DNA from: Trichodesmium erythraeum IMS101
GTDB taxonomy: Bacteria > Cyanobacteriota > Cyanobacteriia > Cyanobacteriales > Microcoleaceae
Direction of reading: 5' to 3'
Assembly: GCF_000014265.1 (NCBI RefSeq)
Contig: NC_008312.1
Coordinates: 5,220,001 to 5,252,000 of the forward strand
DNA length: 32,000 nt
Every line of letters starts with the position of its first letter. Positions within the stretch are counted from its first letter, which is position 1. A model generated the notes under the pieces. It was not told the DNA's origin and did not search any database. It saw only the letters and a list, made by a program, of their open reading frames with translations. The translations under genes and the position numbers were made by a program. Of this stretch, positions 9,829 through 19,618 are shown piece after piece.

Positions 9829-11175
9829 CTAAAACTTATCTTTAAAAACAGCCCCACGTTTAATTAAATCCTGCTTCATCTTCTCAGAAACTCCCATATT
9901 ATTACCAAATATAGCACCATCTAATTCTGCACCTTCTAGATTTATCTTCCTTAAATCAGCCCCTAATAACCTAGCATTTTTCAAGTTAGCGTTCATTAAA
10001 TTTGCCATAATTAACTTTGCATTTGATAATTCCGCATCACACAATTGTGCTTTTAGCAGCTTAGCTTGATTTAATAAAGCACCCGTCATAATAGAATTAA
10101 ATAATAAAGTATTGCTCAGGTTAGCTCCTTGCATATTTGCACTATATAAATTTGCCTTAATCAAATTAATATCTGCTAGATTAGCATTAGTTAATTTAAT
10201 ATGAGCGAGATTAGCATTACTAAGGTTAGCATATCTGAGGTTAGCATATTCCAGATTAGCATTAGTTAAATTAGCAGTGCCGATATTAGCACCCTTAAGA
10301 TCAGCATTTTCCAGATGAACACCACTTAAATTTCTCCCATAAGCACCATGATTAATAATATCCCAAACCAGATACCACTTATTATCTAATTCTGTTCCAT
10401 GATTAATTTTCACCCCTCTTAAATTAACATGATTTAAATTAGTATTCCTCAACTTTGTGTAATTAAGATTAGCATCACTAAAATTAGTACCTATAAGATT
10501 AGCACCTTCAAGATTAGCACCTTCAAGATTAGCTCCATTTAATTGAGTTCCAACAAGATTAACATTAGATAAATTAGAATCTTTGAGATTAGCATCTTTA
10601 AGAGTAGCATTACTCAAATTAGCATAACTAAAATTAGTACCTATAAGATTAGCTTCGTTGAGGTTTGCATCATTAAGTTCCGCATAACTCAAGTTAACAT
10701 TTGTCAGATTACTATTTCTAAGATTAGCACGAATTAAATTAGCGTATAATAAATTAGCTTGAATTAAGTATGCATCTGTAATCTCACTACGCCAGAGGTT
10801 AGCACCTTCTAGGTCAGCACCTTTGAGGTTAGCACTTTTGAAACTAGCACCTCTGATATCTGCCCCTTTAAAATTTACTTTACTAAAGTTAGCAAACCAC
10901 ATTATTGCCCCACTTAGATTAGCACCACTCAGATCACTATTACTAAAGTTAGTTCTTTTCAAATTAGCACAAAGTAGATAAGCACCCCGGAGAATAGTTT
11001 CACTCAAATTAACATCATCTAGATCACTCATACTCAGGTCAACGGACTCAAGGTTGACACCAGCAAAATTGTTAGTCAATTTTTGATGGCTAGCTTGATC
11101 CCCATTATTTATTGCTTGATTAATAGTATCTTTAATTAGTTTCTGTAATTTATCAAGTGATTTTTGGTTAGCCAT
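9829..11175 (-). CDS. Pentapeptide-repeat protein (448 aa)
   Basis: The A(D/N)LxX pentapeptide pattern runs almost without interruption (ANLSGAIM, ADLEGANL, ANLEGANLEGANLIG..). The C-terminal tail is GNNMGVSEKMKQDLIKRGAVFKDKF. Confidence 0.85.
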   Translation of the reverse strand: MANQKSLDKLQKLIKDTINQAINNGDQASHQKLTNNFAGVNLESVDLSMSDLDDVNLSETILRGAYLLCANLKRTNFSNSDLSGANLSGAIMWFANFSKVNFKGADIRGASFKSANLKGADLEGANLWRSEITDAYLIQANLLYANLIRANLRNSNLTNVNLSYAELNDANLNEANLIGTNFSYANLSNATLKDANLKDSNLSNVNLVGTQLNGANLEGANLEGANLIGTNFSDANLNYTKLRNTNLNHVNLRGVKINHGTELDNKWYLVWDIINHGAYGRNLSGVHLENADLKGANIGTANLTNANLEYANLRYANLSNANLAHIKLTNANLADINLIKANLYSANMQGANLSNTLLFNSIMTGALLNQAKLLKAQLCDAELSNAKLIMANLMNANLKNARLLGADLRKINLEGAELDGAIFGNNMGVSEKMKQDLIKRGAVFKDKF

Positions 11176-11519
11176 ATATAGCTATCTGCTCCTTAAGGCT
11201 TTCAATTAAGATGTTACATCATTTAGATAAATATTTGCTATAATCTATTTTTGCCTGTTGTCTATTAGATGTTAACTATGAAACAGAGTTTTGTAATATT
11301 ATTTACTCAAATTTATATTCTTTGAGGGTGATCATTAAAATACTTAAAAAGTAAATCTAAAAAACGGAATATAAAGTTAGAAGTCGCAGAGAGCAACAAT
11401 ATACAACATTAACCAACAGAAAATATTCTAACAATATGTAAGAATTAAGGTTCTATAGAAAACTCTATCAGTTTTTACTTATAAGAATTTTCAGTCATTA
11501 CTTCCCAAATTATATTCTC

Positions 11520-11701
11520 AAAACCGAAATGGCTATAAGCCTTTATTTTCCTTGTCAGTCATTTTTATAATTCACTTTATGACTAAGTTTGAAATACCTT
11601 AATCCTGACAACAAAACCGAAATGGCTATAAGCCTTTATTTTCCTTGTCAGTCATTTTTATAATTCACTTTATGACTAAGTTTGAAATACCTTAATCCTG
11701 A
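11520..11701. repeat. Tandem direct duplication: two identical copies of about 89 bp separated by 4 nt (period 93 bp)
   Basis: aaaaccgaaatggctataagcctttattttccttgtcagtcatttttataattcactttatgactaagtttgaaataccttaatcctga occurs at 11520-11608 and again at 11613-11701. It lies in a 1.2-kb ORF-free spacer. Confidence 0.9.
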
Positions 11702-12413
11702 AACAATATTGACTAAAATATAGCTAGTCCTAGCAAAGTGAGGACTTTTACTATAGTAACAATTCACCCATAAGTTGTGGGAGATTTACATACTCATAAA
11801 GTTTGAAAAAATCAAAGTTTAACTATTAGCAAACAATTTGAAAGGCTATTTAAAATTTTTAAATTAATGGCATAAGTAATAAAAATTTAGTTTAGTCACT
11901 ATTTTACATTTTAACCGGTACCTTTATTTTTTTATCTGTTATTCCCCAGACATAAATTAAAATATTTCCCCAGAGAATATGACATTTCTATATCATAAAA
12001 ACAGCTAGCTCTTGAGACTTAAAAAGTAGATACCAATTTTTTCATCTTTTATAGAAAAATCATCCTTTTTATTCCACTAAATATTCATCCTTTTTTTTGA
12101 GTTTTTTTGAGCTTTTTTTGATTTAACCTAGTCTTAAGTCAGAAAATTGCAAATTATAATAACTTTAGTCAGACTGATAAATTATATTATATTAAGTTTT
12201 TAAATAAGTTTTTAACCTACCAATACTTTAACTTAAATATATAATGAAAAAAGGTATAAAGCAAAAGTTATAGTTTCAGTTTAAATGGCAAACACTATAA
12301 CAAAAAACATTGATTGATAACACCATATAATCTAACTTGAGTTATCCATAACAAACCTACCCTCATGATTCATTATTTTATGATAATTTATTAATTCCTA
12401 AGTTTTTTTTTGA

Positions 12414-13184
12414 CTAATCATTCTCAAATACTACTCCACGACTAATTAAGTTTTGCTTCATTCCCTCAGATAAACTAGCATCATGCCATAACCTAGCTTT
12501 CTCTACTTTTGTATGTTGAAAATTTGTTCCTTTTAAATTTGTTAATACTAATCCAGCATTACTTAAATTAGCATTACTTAAATTGGCATTACTTAAATTA
12601 GCATTACTTAAATTGGCATTACTTAAATTGGCATTACTTAAATTAGCACCACTTAAATTAGCACCACTTAAATTAGCCAAAGCTAGACTAACACGGTACA
12701 AGTTTGCATCAGTTAAATTGGCATTACTTAACAACGCACCACTCAAATCTGCACCACCCAAATTTACTTGACTAAGATTAGCTTCACTCAAATCTGCATC
12801 ACTTAAATCTGCACCTCTTAAATAAGCAGCATATAGATTTACCCCACTTAAATCAACACCACATAAATTAACACCATTAAATTTAGCACCAGCAAAATCT
12901 TTAGTAGGATTTAGACCTGCAATATTTGCTAAGTCCAATAAATCTTCTGTATTTGCCTCAACCACATTTTTGCTCATAATTCTAAACTCTAAAAAATCAC
13001 ATCCAGCAAAAGTTGCAGATAACATCAAACTTTGCAACTCCTCTGAAGACTTATTTTGTAACGAATGAGAAGTTAACTCAGAGTTAAAATTCTGCGATCG
13101 CAACCAAAGCACCAATTTTCTTTCTAACACTGCGAGTTGATTGGGGCTAATATTATGAGGCCATAATCCTTCAATACCACTCAT
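12414..13184 (-). CDS. Pentapeptide-repeat protein (256 aa)
   Basis: A non-repeat N-terminal region of about 90 aa is followed by continuous pentapeptide repeats, including a run of ANLSN units. The C-terminal tail LSEGMKQNLISRGVVFEND is homologous to the tail of the 9829..11175 paralog. Confidence 0.85.
   Translation of the reverse strand: MSGIEGLWPHNISPNQLAVLERKLVLWLRSQNFNSELTSHSLQNKSSEELQSLMLSATFAGCDFLEFRIMSKNVVEANTEDLLDLANIAGLNPTKDFAGAKFNGVNLCGVDLSGVNLYAAYLRGADLSDADLSEANLSQVNLGGADLSGALLSNANLTDANLYRVSLALANLSGANLSGANLSNANLSNANLSNANLSNANLSNANLSNAGLVLTNLKGTNFQHTKVEKARLWHDASLSEGMKQNLISRGVVFEND
12551..12680. repeat. Near-perfect 15-bp tandem repeat within the coding sequence (att[a/g]gcattacttaa units encoding ANLSN)
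   Basis: About 8 consecutive 15-bp units can be read directly in 12551-12680. The last two units switch to attagcaccacttaa (ANLSG). Confidence 0.85.
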
Positions 13185-13238
13185 AGAAACAAAAATTTTA
13201 TCAGCTATATTTTTAATTGTTATAACAGTTTTTTCTAC

Positions 13239-14765
13239 CTAAGAATAAGTTTTAACTGATTTAATAGTCCTCAAATCATCTCGTCGTTTCACCAACTCTT
13301 GCTGTAGGTTTTCCGAAACACCCAAATTTCGAGCAAATATAGTCTTCTCTACAATTGCCTCTTTATAAATCTGCACCTTTCAAATGACTACCTCGTAAAT
13401 TGGTCTTAGTTCAATTAACTCCACTGAGGTCAGCATTTTCCAGAATAGTGTTACTTTTAGTAACACTAACTAATTATGTGTTGTCACCACCTTCAGACTT
13501 AGGTATTATATGGTCTACTTTTATCAACTCTAATGGTTTGAATATACTTCCACAGAATGCGCATTTGTTTTTCTAAGGTACAGAATTAGTTGGCCAATCC
13601 TCTTCTTACCGGATTTAATTTAGCCATTAAAGACTTTGTTGGAGAAGTTTTTTTGTATCAAAGATTTTTACAAGTTTCCGGTAATGAATTTTTATGCTCT
13701 TACTCAATGGCTTGATCAACCTCTTAAATCTTTGTTTAGTTGACTTAATTTTCCATTGCCTTATAGTGAATACTAAGAAGTCAAATCCAGGTTTATTTCC
13801 TTCATGCTTCAATTCGAGTGTGGGAAATTTTTGTTTTTTCTGGCTTTAGTTCTAATCCTACCTGGGTTAACCATTCCTATATTACGGCTTTTGCTTGTAA
13901 CACTACTTTAAGATCTTTGTGTAGCATAACAAAGTAATCAGTATAGCCTATAAAGAATAATACCTTTCTCTTGTCTCGTTTTTATCCAGGTAAGAATTCA
14001 GCCAGTTTATTTACACATTATTCCATGCCGTGTAGGGCAATTTTTGCACTTTAGGGTACTGATAACCCCTCCCGGTGGTATACATTCCAAAGTATTTGAG
14101 AAATTTTTGTTGTCAAGTACCCCAGATTTTAACCATTATTTGATTAATTTTCTATAGGGTGTTTGACCTATTTTCCTCAACAGTGCATCATGCTTAATTT
14201 GGTCAAAACACTTAGATATATAAGCATCAAGCACATATTTTTGTTTATGATTGACGCTTATATATATTGCCTAAATAGCATCATGTGTTCACCTCCGGAA
14301 AAGACCATAGCTATTAGGTTCAACAAGTGCCTCCCACTTTGGTGACCTAACTATCTTAACCAGTGCTTGGAGTGCTCTGTCATACATTTTTGGTATGCCT
14401 AATAGCCATTGTTCTTATCATTCTGGTTTTAGTATCAGTGACTCTGCGGGTAGGGCTCCCTTTGAGAAGGGGTAGATCTACTGAGTGAAATCTCTGTATG
14501 GGGGATAATTTATTAATGGCGTCAATACCAGCAGTGAAGTTTTTGGTAATTACGCATTCTGCAGATATCGGCACCGCTGGATGCTTTGTAAATTAACTTT
14601 TGCCACTTAAATACATATTTTTCTACCCTTTTCCAATTGATGTCTTTCCACTTGATTAGCTCCACTCAAGTCAGCTAGGATCAAATTAGCATTACAGAAA
14701 TTAGTATTTTGTAGGTCTGTACTAATAAAATTAGCATCTTAAAGCCTTACTCCACTCTACTTAAA
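13239..14765 (-). pseudogene. Third pentapeptide-repeat paralog, degraded and split by a group II intron protein fragment
   Basis: Reverse translation of about 14650-14765 gives DANFISTDLQNTNFCNANLILADLSGANQ. Reverse translation of 13239-13470 gives NTILENADLSGVN*..NLRGSHLKGADL.. and then, in another frame, ARNLGVSENLQQELVKRRDDL..*, which is the same C-terminal tail family as the two intact paralogs. Multiple stops and frame changes are present. Confidence 0.65.
13474..14650 (-). pseudogene. Group II intron-encoded protein (RT, maturase, HNH) remnant, heavily mutated, with no flanking ribozyme domains
   Basis: Reverse-strand pieces read as follows: WKDINWKRVEKYVFKWQKLIYKA (N-terminus), TAGIDAINKLSP, RRVTDTKT..MAIRHT (RT1-2), FRR*THDAI.., VLDAYISKCFDQIKHDALL (RT3-4), IPPGGVISTLK (GTPQGGVISPLL-like), GFDFLVFTIRQW..RLIKPLSKSIKIH (thumb/domain X), and CAFCGSIFKPLELIKVDHIIPKSEGGDNT (HNH). 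Many stops and frameshifts are present. Confidence 0.75.
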
Positions 14766-15337
14766 TCCTGAGGGACAAAATCTATTGTCAAATTTAGAGA
14801 CACTATTTGGACAATTTCTCTAAAATTATTACCCAACTGTTTTGATAATAATTTTTTAGTTTTCCCTGTTTGCTGCTATTTATATTCTTCTAGTTTGCCA
14901 TTTGTTCCCATTGATTTACTAATCTTAGATTAGATAAAGCATCTCCTTAACTAAGGTAATCTTCTCTTCTTTTAGAAATACTAAATTTCTCAAAAAATTT
15001 TCTACATTTTATTGAGTAAATTAGATACTTTTTTCTTCCTCTGACAAAAAGTTTTTAATTAGCATATATCGCTTTTAAAATTTATCTTTTTCGGCTGAAA
15101 TCATACCGCAAATCAATAGAATAGCTCTTAGCTTTACTCAAAAATATCAACTTTAAACCAACTGGAGCCAAAAGATTGTACATTTTTTCCACAAAAAAAG
15201 CGCGCAATAATATTTAAGTAAATACTTTCATTTTTTTTTCAGCTCACCCTAATTATTTGAGCTCACAAGAAGGGGAAAAACTTAGCTTGTATAGATGTAT
15301 AATTAATCCTGTATGACTATTTATAAGTATCATCATA

Positions 15338-16454
15338 TATAGCAATCCCATATTGGTCGCAACAGATATAATAGTAAGAATAACAGATCTAAGAAAAAGA
15401 CAAAAAATGAATATTATAGATAAACTAAATGATTTTATTAATCAAACAAAAGAGTCTAAAGAAATTAAAAGGGCCTTGGCCGTAAAAATGACCTTGTCAG
15501 GAAAATCCTACCATGAAGTCAAAGAATTATTAAATGTTTCTCACAGTTTTATTAGTGAATGGAAAAACCAAGCATTATTTCATGGTGTAGAAAGTTTAAG
15601 GCTTCAGTATCAAGGGAGACAAGGTTACTTAAAAACGGTCGAAAAAGAGAAAACAATTGAGTGGTTGAGAGCACAAGATTATCTTAGGTTATCAGATTTA
15701 AAAAACTACTTACAGGAGCAATATGATGTGGTTTTTGAGTCTAATCAAAGTTACTATAACTTGTTTAAAGAAGCGGGCATAAGTTGGAAAAAAACTCAAA
15801 AAAAGAATCCTGCTAAAAATGATTAATTAGTAGAAGTTAAAAGAAAAGAAATAGAGGAATTTTTAGCTAAATGGCAACCAGAAATAGAAACTGGAAAGCT
15901 TACAGTGTTTATGATTGATGAATGTCATCTTCTATGGGGAGACATATTAGGTTATGCTTGGGGAAAAACAGATGAAAGAATAGAAATTGCAATTAAAAAT
16001 GAAAAAGAAAGACAGACTTATTATGGAGCTTTAGACTATAAAACCAAGGAATTTCTTGTGCAAGAATATGAGAGTGGAAATACTAAAAATACTATTGAAT
16101 TTATTAAATATTTGCAGAAGCAAAGACCGGGCAACAAATTGGCAATATTTTGGGATGGGGCAACTTACCATAACTCTCAAGAATTTCGAGAATATTTAAT
16201 GACAATTAATCAATACTTATCAGAAGAAGAATTGTTGATAAATTGTACAAGATTTGCTCCCAATGCTCCGGAGCAAAATCCTGTTGAAGATATTTGGTTA
16301 CAAACCAAAAATTTCAGTATTACTTTTTATCATCTTTGCAGTTCTTTTAAAGTAGTTAAGTGGCTATTTAAGTTTTTTGCGGATGGTCAAATATTCAATT
16401 TCCCAAAACTTTTTCAGTATAAAATTTTGCCGCAACCTACTTAGGATTGCTATA
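15338..16454 (+). mobile_element. IS630-family insertion sequence (about 1.1 kb) with terminal inverted repeats tatagcaatcc / ggattgctata
   Basis: The left end 15338-15348 (tatagcaatcc) is the exact reverse complement of the right end 16444-16454 (ggattgctata). The ends begin and end in TA, as expected for TA-targeting IS630/Tc1-mariner elements. Confidence 0.8.
15407..16444 (+). pseudogene. IS630-family transposase interrupted by a single in-frame TAA
   Basis: ORFs 15353..15826 (HTH part, ATG at 15407, MNIIDKLN..) and 15905..16444 (DDE part: MIDECHL.., IFWDGATYHNS, APEQNPVEDIW) are in the same frame. Between them the sequence reads ..PAKND-TAA(15827-15829)-LVEVKRKEIEEFLAKWQPEIETGKLTVFMIDEC with no other defect. 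Confidence 0.8.
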
Positions 16455-16559
16455 GATAATTTCAGTTATCAGCAACAACTGCTGAAGTCATATCCTTAAA
16501 ATACTTATGCCGAAAATTTTTTCATCCCCTTAAAAAAACAGGTTGGAGATATTATTGCT

Positions 16560-17315
16560 TTAAAAATTAACATCCATCAAAGTTTTCCAAACAAATTGTG
16601 GTAGAGCCAACATTCGTCGCCAACGCCAAGGTTCCTGGTACAGTCGATACAACCACTCCAAAGAATTGTCCGAAAACCAAGCAGGCGCCCTTTTCTTTAA
16701 ACCAGCCCATATATCCAAACTACCACCAATACCAATCCAAATTGCCTTGGGACAAATATGTTTATTTTCTGCTATCCACAACTCTTGACGAGGCGCCCCT
16801 AAACCCACAAATATCAATCTTGGTTGTAGTTCTGCTAAAGTCTGTAAAAGTTCCCTCTCTTCTGCTGGAGATAGATAACCATGCTGGCAAGCGATGGATA
16901 ACTCTGGGAGTTTCTCTTGCCAAATATGTGCAGCTTTCATGGCTACCCCCGGTTTTCCTCCATAGAAAAATACTAAATTATCTAAATTTTGTTTCGGTGC
17001 TTGCCACAAAATACTTTCTGCTAATTCAATACCAGGACAACGCTGTACACATATACCCTTAAGTCTCAAAGATAAAACTACCCCAGCTCCATCAGGAACG
17101 ACCAGATCAGCTTGACGAATTATCTGAGCTAATACATAATTTTTCTCACTTTGCATGACCATTTCTGCATTTAGTGTCACGACATGAGTTCCTACTCCTG
17201 CTTCATATCGAGAAAGTAAGCAACTAGAATAATCATCTAGACAATGTACTGGTAGACCTAGCACTAGATTGCGGGAAAGTGGACTAAGTCCAGACCCAAA
17301 ATTTTTTTTGGTCAT
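16560..17315 (-). CDS. WecB/TagA/CpsF-family (GT26) glycosyltransferase
   Basis: 251-aa ORF with family motifs VTLNAEMVM, DLVVPDGAGVV, FFYGGKPGVA, LIFVGLGAPRQELWI, GIGGSLDIWAG..RAPAW, EWLYRLYQEPWRWRR. Confidence 0.8.
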   Translation of the reverse strand: MTKKNFGSGLSPLSRNLVLGLPVHCLDDYSSCLLSRYEAGVGTHVVTLNAEMVMQSEKNYVLAQIIRQADLVVPDGAGVVLSLRLKGICVQRCPGIELAESILWQAPKQNLDNLVFFYGGKPGVAMKAAHIWQEKLPELSIACQHGYLSPAEERELLQTLAELQPRLIFVGLGAPRQELWIAENKHICPKAIWIGIGGSLDIWAGLKKRAPAWFSDNSLEWLYRLYQEPWRWRRMLALPQFVWKTLMDVNF

Positions 17316-18088
17316 AGATATTCTATTTTATATTTATGGATTTTTGTTTTTGACAATTGATAATCTTTAAAATACTTACTGAGTTACATTAACTGATTCG
17401 GGTATTTCCAGCTAGTACTTAACCATTTTCTTTAACCAAAAAATAAGGTTAATAGCTTCCCCTTTAAAGGTAGGGTCTATTTTCACTCTATGTAAAATCT
17501 GATAGTAACTAATTACAACAATCCTGTTTTGTTCAAAGTTACTCAACATAAAGTATGGGTTCACAAATATTCTCTGACCATTTCAGAGTGAGCAATACCT
17601 CTCAAATAGGGGATAAAAAAGGAAAATTTGAATTTTGTGGCTTTCTGTTAAATCATAGTTATTAATTAATAATGGAGTTTAATGCCCAATTTACTTATAA
17701 ATATTCTTTTTTGTCAAAAGTTCAAAAATTAATAATAATATCATATAAAACTCTCGCAAAAATATAAAAAATCAAGCTGTATAGTATTTTATTATACTAA
17801 ATTCAGATGAGCCAGAACCAATATTTACGAAGGTAAGGCAGAAGAAAGAAGGGCTAGAGAGGAATTTGAAAAACGAAATGAATTGATAAGCAGAATTAGT
17901 ATTATTTAGAGCTTCGTGGAGTTGGACAGAATAATGGGACTAGGAGGCAAAAAAGCCCACGTCATATTGTAAAGTTACCGTGGGAGTATTCACGAAATTC
18001 ATCTATAATCAATCGAGCAGAATTAACTACAAAAATCTTGTTGTATTCTGACCAGTAATGCTTTTATAAAAATTAAAAATTAGTATTT

Positions 18089-19618
18089 ATGAACCTCAAA
18101 GCAGGAATGGTCCTTCAAAAAGGAAAATATATTATTCATAGTATTTTAGGTCAAGGAGGATTTGGTACAACTTACCGAGCTATTTATGATCAATTGAACA
18201 AAATTGTTGTACTGAAAACTCTGAATGAAAGTCTACACCAGCATCAAGATTTTGCTAAATTTCAACGTCAATTTATGGCTGAGGCTCATCTCCTGGCTAA
18301 CCTTCGACACCCCAATATTGTCAATGTACGGGACTTTTTTGAAGAAGAACAGCTTTTCTTTATGGTCATGGACTATATACCAGGTCAAAATTTGGCTGAT
18401 TTAATACAATCTGGCCATAATCTCCATCCCGGCCAAGCTGTTAATTATATATACCAAATTGCCTCAGCTCTTTCAGTAGTTCATAAAAATGGGTTTTTAC
18501 ATCGGGATATACAACCAAAAAATATCATTAAGCGAGCTAAAAGTAACACAGTTGTACTAACTGATTTTGGTATTACCTGTGACTTAACTGATGGAATTAA
18601 GCAAACTCATGCTAATTTATTTTCCGTGGGATATTCACCACCAGAACAGTATAATCCACAAGAAAAGTTAAGTCCTTCAACAGACATTTATGCTTTAACC
18701 GCTACATTATACTATCTACTTACTGGTAATATTCCTACTCCCGCTGCTTTAAGATTAAGTCAAACTGTTCCTCAAACACTTAAATTTTCTGAAAAAGAAC
18801 TGAAAGATATTTTACCTAATCTTTCTTCTAATATTGAAGAGACTATTGTTAGAGGATTAGCAATAGACCCTCAAAAGCGACCTCAAACTGTAGAAGGTTG
18901 GTTGGTACTTCTTTTAAATAAATCAAATATTTTAGAGGTCAAAAAACCAAATAGTTGTTTAACAGAAAAAGTATCTAGATTTAACAATAATGATCAATTA
19001 ATTATGATGAAATCAGAATCAAGTGTTGATCTAAAAAGAGGTAATTATTGTTCCAATGAAGTCAAAAGTAAAACGGTTAAGATAAAAAGTCTAGGATCAA
19101 ATAAGTTTGATTTTTTTAGCCCTAGTGATAGAGACTATAAATTGAGTGGGATTAATCAATTATATTTGCAACTGATAATTTTTTGGTTATTTTTATTTAC
19201 TGCTGGAACTTTTGGATGGATAGGTTTTGATATTACTCTGCGTTATAGTTATAGAAAAGCAAATAACAACAACATTGCATCTTTGACAAAGGATAATTTA
19301 TTAGAGAATCTCAAGCAATATCAAAATTACACTTTCCGAAATCACGACCCTTCTACTTCTCTTTTTGATTCTCCTTCAGTCAAAAATTATTCTCTCACTC
19401 CACCAAAATTGAATAAATTGCCGAAGCAATCTTTTCAACAGGATGATTTGCTACAAAATGATTTTTCTGTCTCTAATGATGATGAATATTGGTCAGAAAA
19501 AGCAGATTATTCTGCTGATATGAAAACTAAATTTTCTCCGGAAAATAATTTTTATGATGAAGAAGTTAATTTAGTAGACAAATCATATATTCCTTCTGAT
19601 TATAAATTTAAATATTAA
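18089..19618 (+). CDS. Hanks-type Ser/Thr protein kinase with one predicted TM segment and a low-complexity C-terminal region
   Basis: The kinase motifs are a Gly loop LGQGGFGTTY, VVLKTL, a catalytic loop HRDIQPKN (Gln where Lys is usual), DFG (LTDFGIT), and SPPEQ. The TM candidate is LYLQLIIFWLFLFTAGTFGWIGF. The tail is N/S/D-rich. Confidence 0.8.
   Translation: MNLKAGMVLQKGKYIIHSILGQGGFGTTYRAIYDQLNKIVVLKTLNESLHQHQDFAKFQRQFMAEAHLLANLRHPNIVNVRDFFEEEQLFFMVMDYIPGQNLADLIQSGHNLHPGQAVNYIYQIASALSVVHKNGFLHRDIQPKNIIKRAKSNTVVLTDFGITCDLTDGIKQTHANLFSVGYSPPEQYNPQEKLSPSTDIYALTATLYYLLTGNIPTPAALRLSQTVPQTLKFSEKELKDILPNLSSNIEETIVRGLAIDPQKRPQTVEGWLVLLLNKSNILEVKKPNSCLTEKVSRFNNNDQLIMMKSESSVDLKRGNYCSNEVKSKTVKIKSLGSNKFDFFSPSDRDYKLSGINQLYLQLIIFWLFLFTAGTFGWIGFDITLRYSYRKANNNNIASLTKDNLLENLKQYQNYTFRNHDPSTSLFDSPSVKNYSLTPPKLNKLPKQSFQQDDLLQNDFSVSNDDEYWSEKADYSADMKTKFSPENNFYDEEVNLVDKSYIPSDYKFKY

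Noticed and set aside
12583-12771. 62-aa ORF MALLKLALLKLALLK.. on the plus strand
   Set aside because: It is the antisense reading of the 15-bp pentapeptide-coding repeat in the 12414..13184 gene. The periodic sequence keeps the opposite frame open by construction.
13474-14650. The RT remnant as the DGR reverse transcriptase (or a retron RT) serving the VR-like region at 24220-24327
   Set aside because: Its motifs are of group II intron type: GTPQGGVISPLL-like IPPGGVISTLK, a domain X GFDFLxFxIR, and a C-terminal HNH. It does not have the DGR IGNLTSQ-type motif. No TR-like repeat flanks it, and it is heavily decayed.
16598-17062. 154-aa plus-strand ORF overlapping the GT26 glycosyltransferase gene
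   Set aside because: It lies entirely antisense within a gene that has clear family motifs. The product has no recognisable motif and has odd composition.
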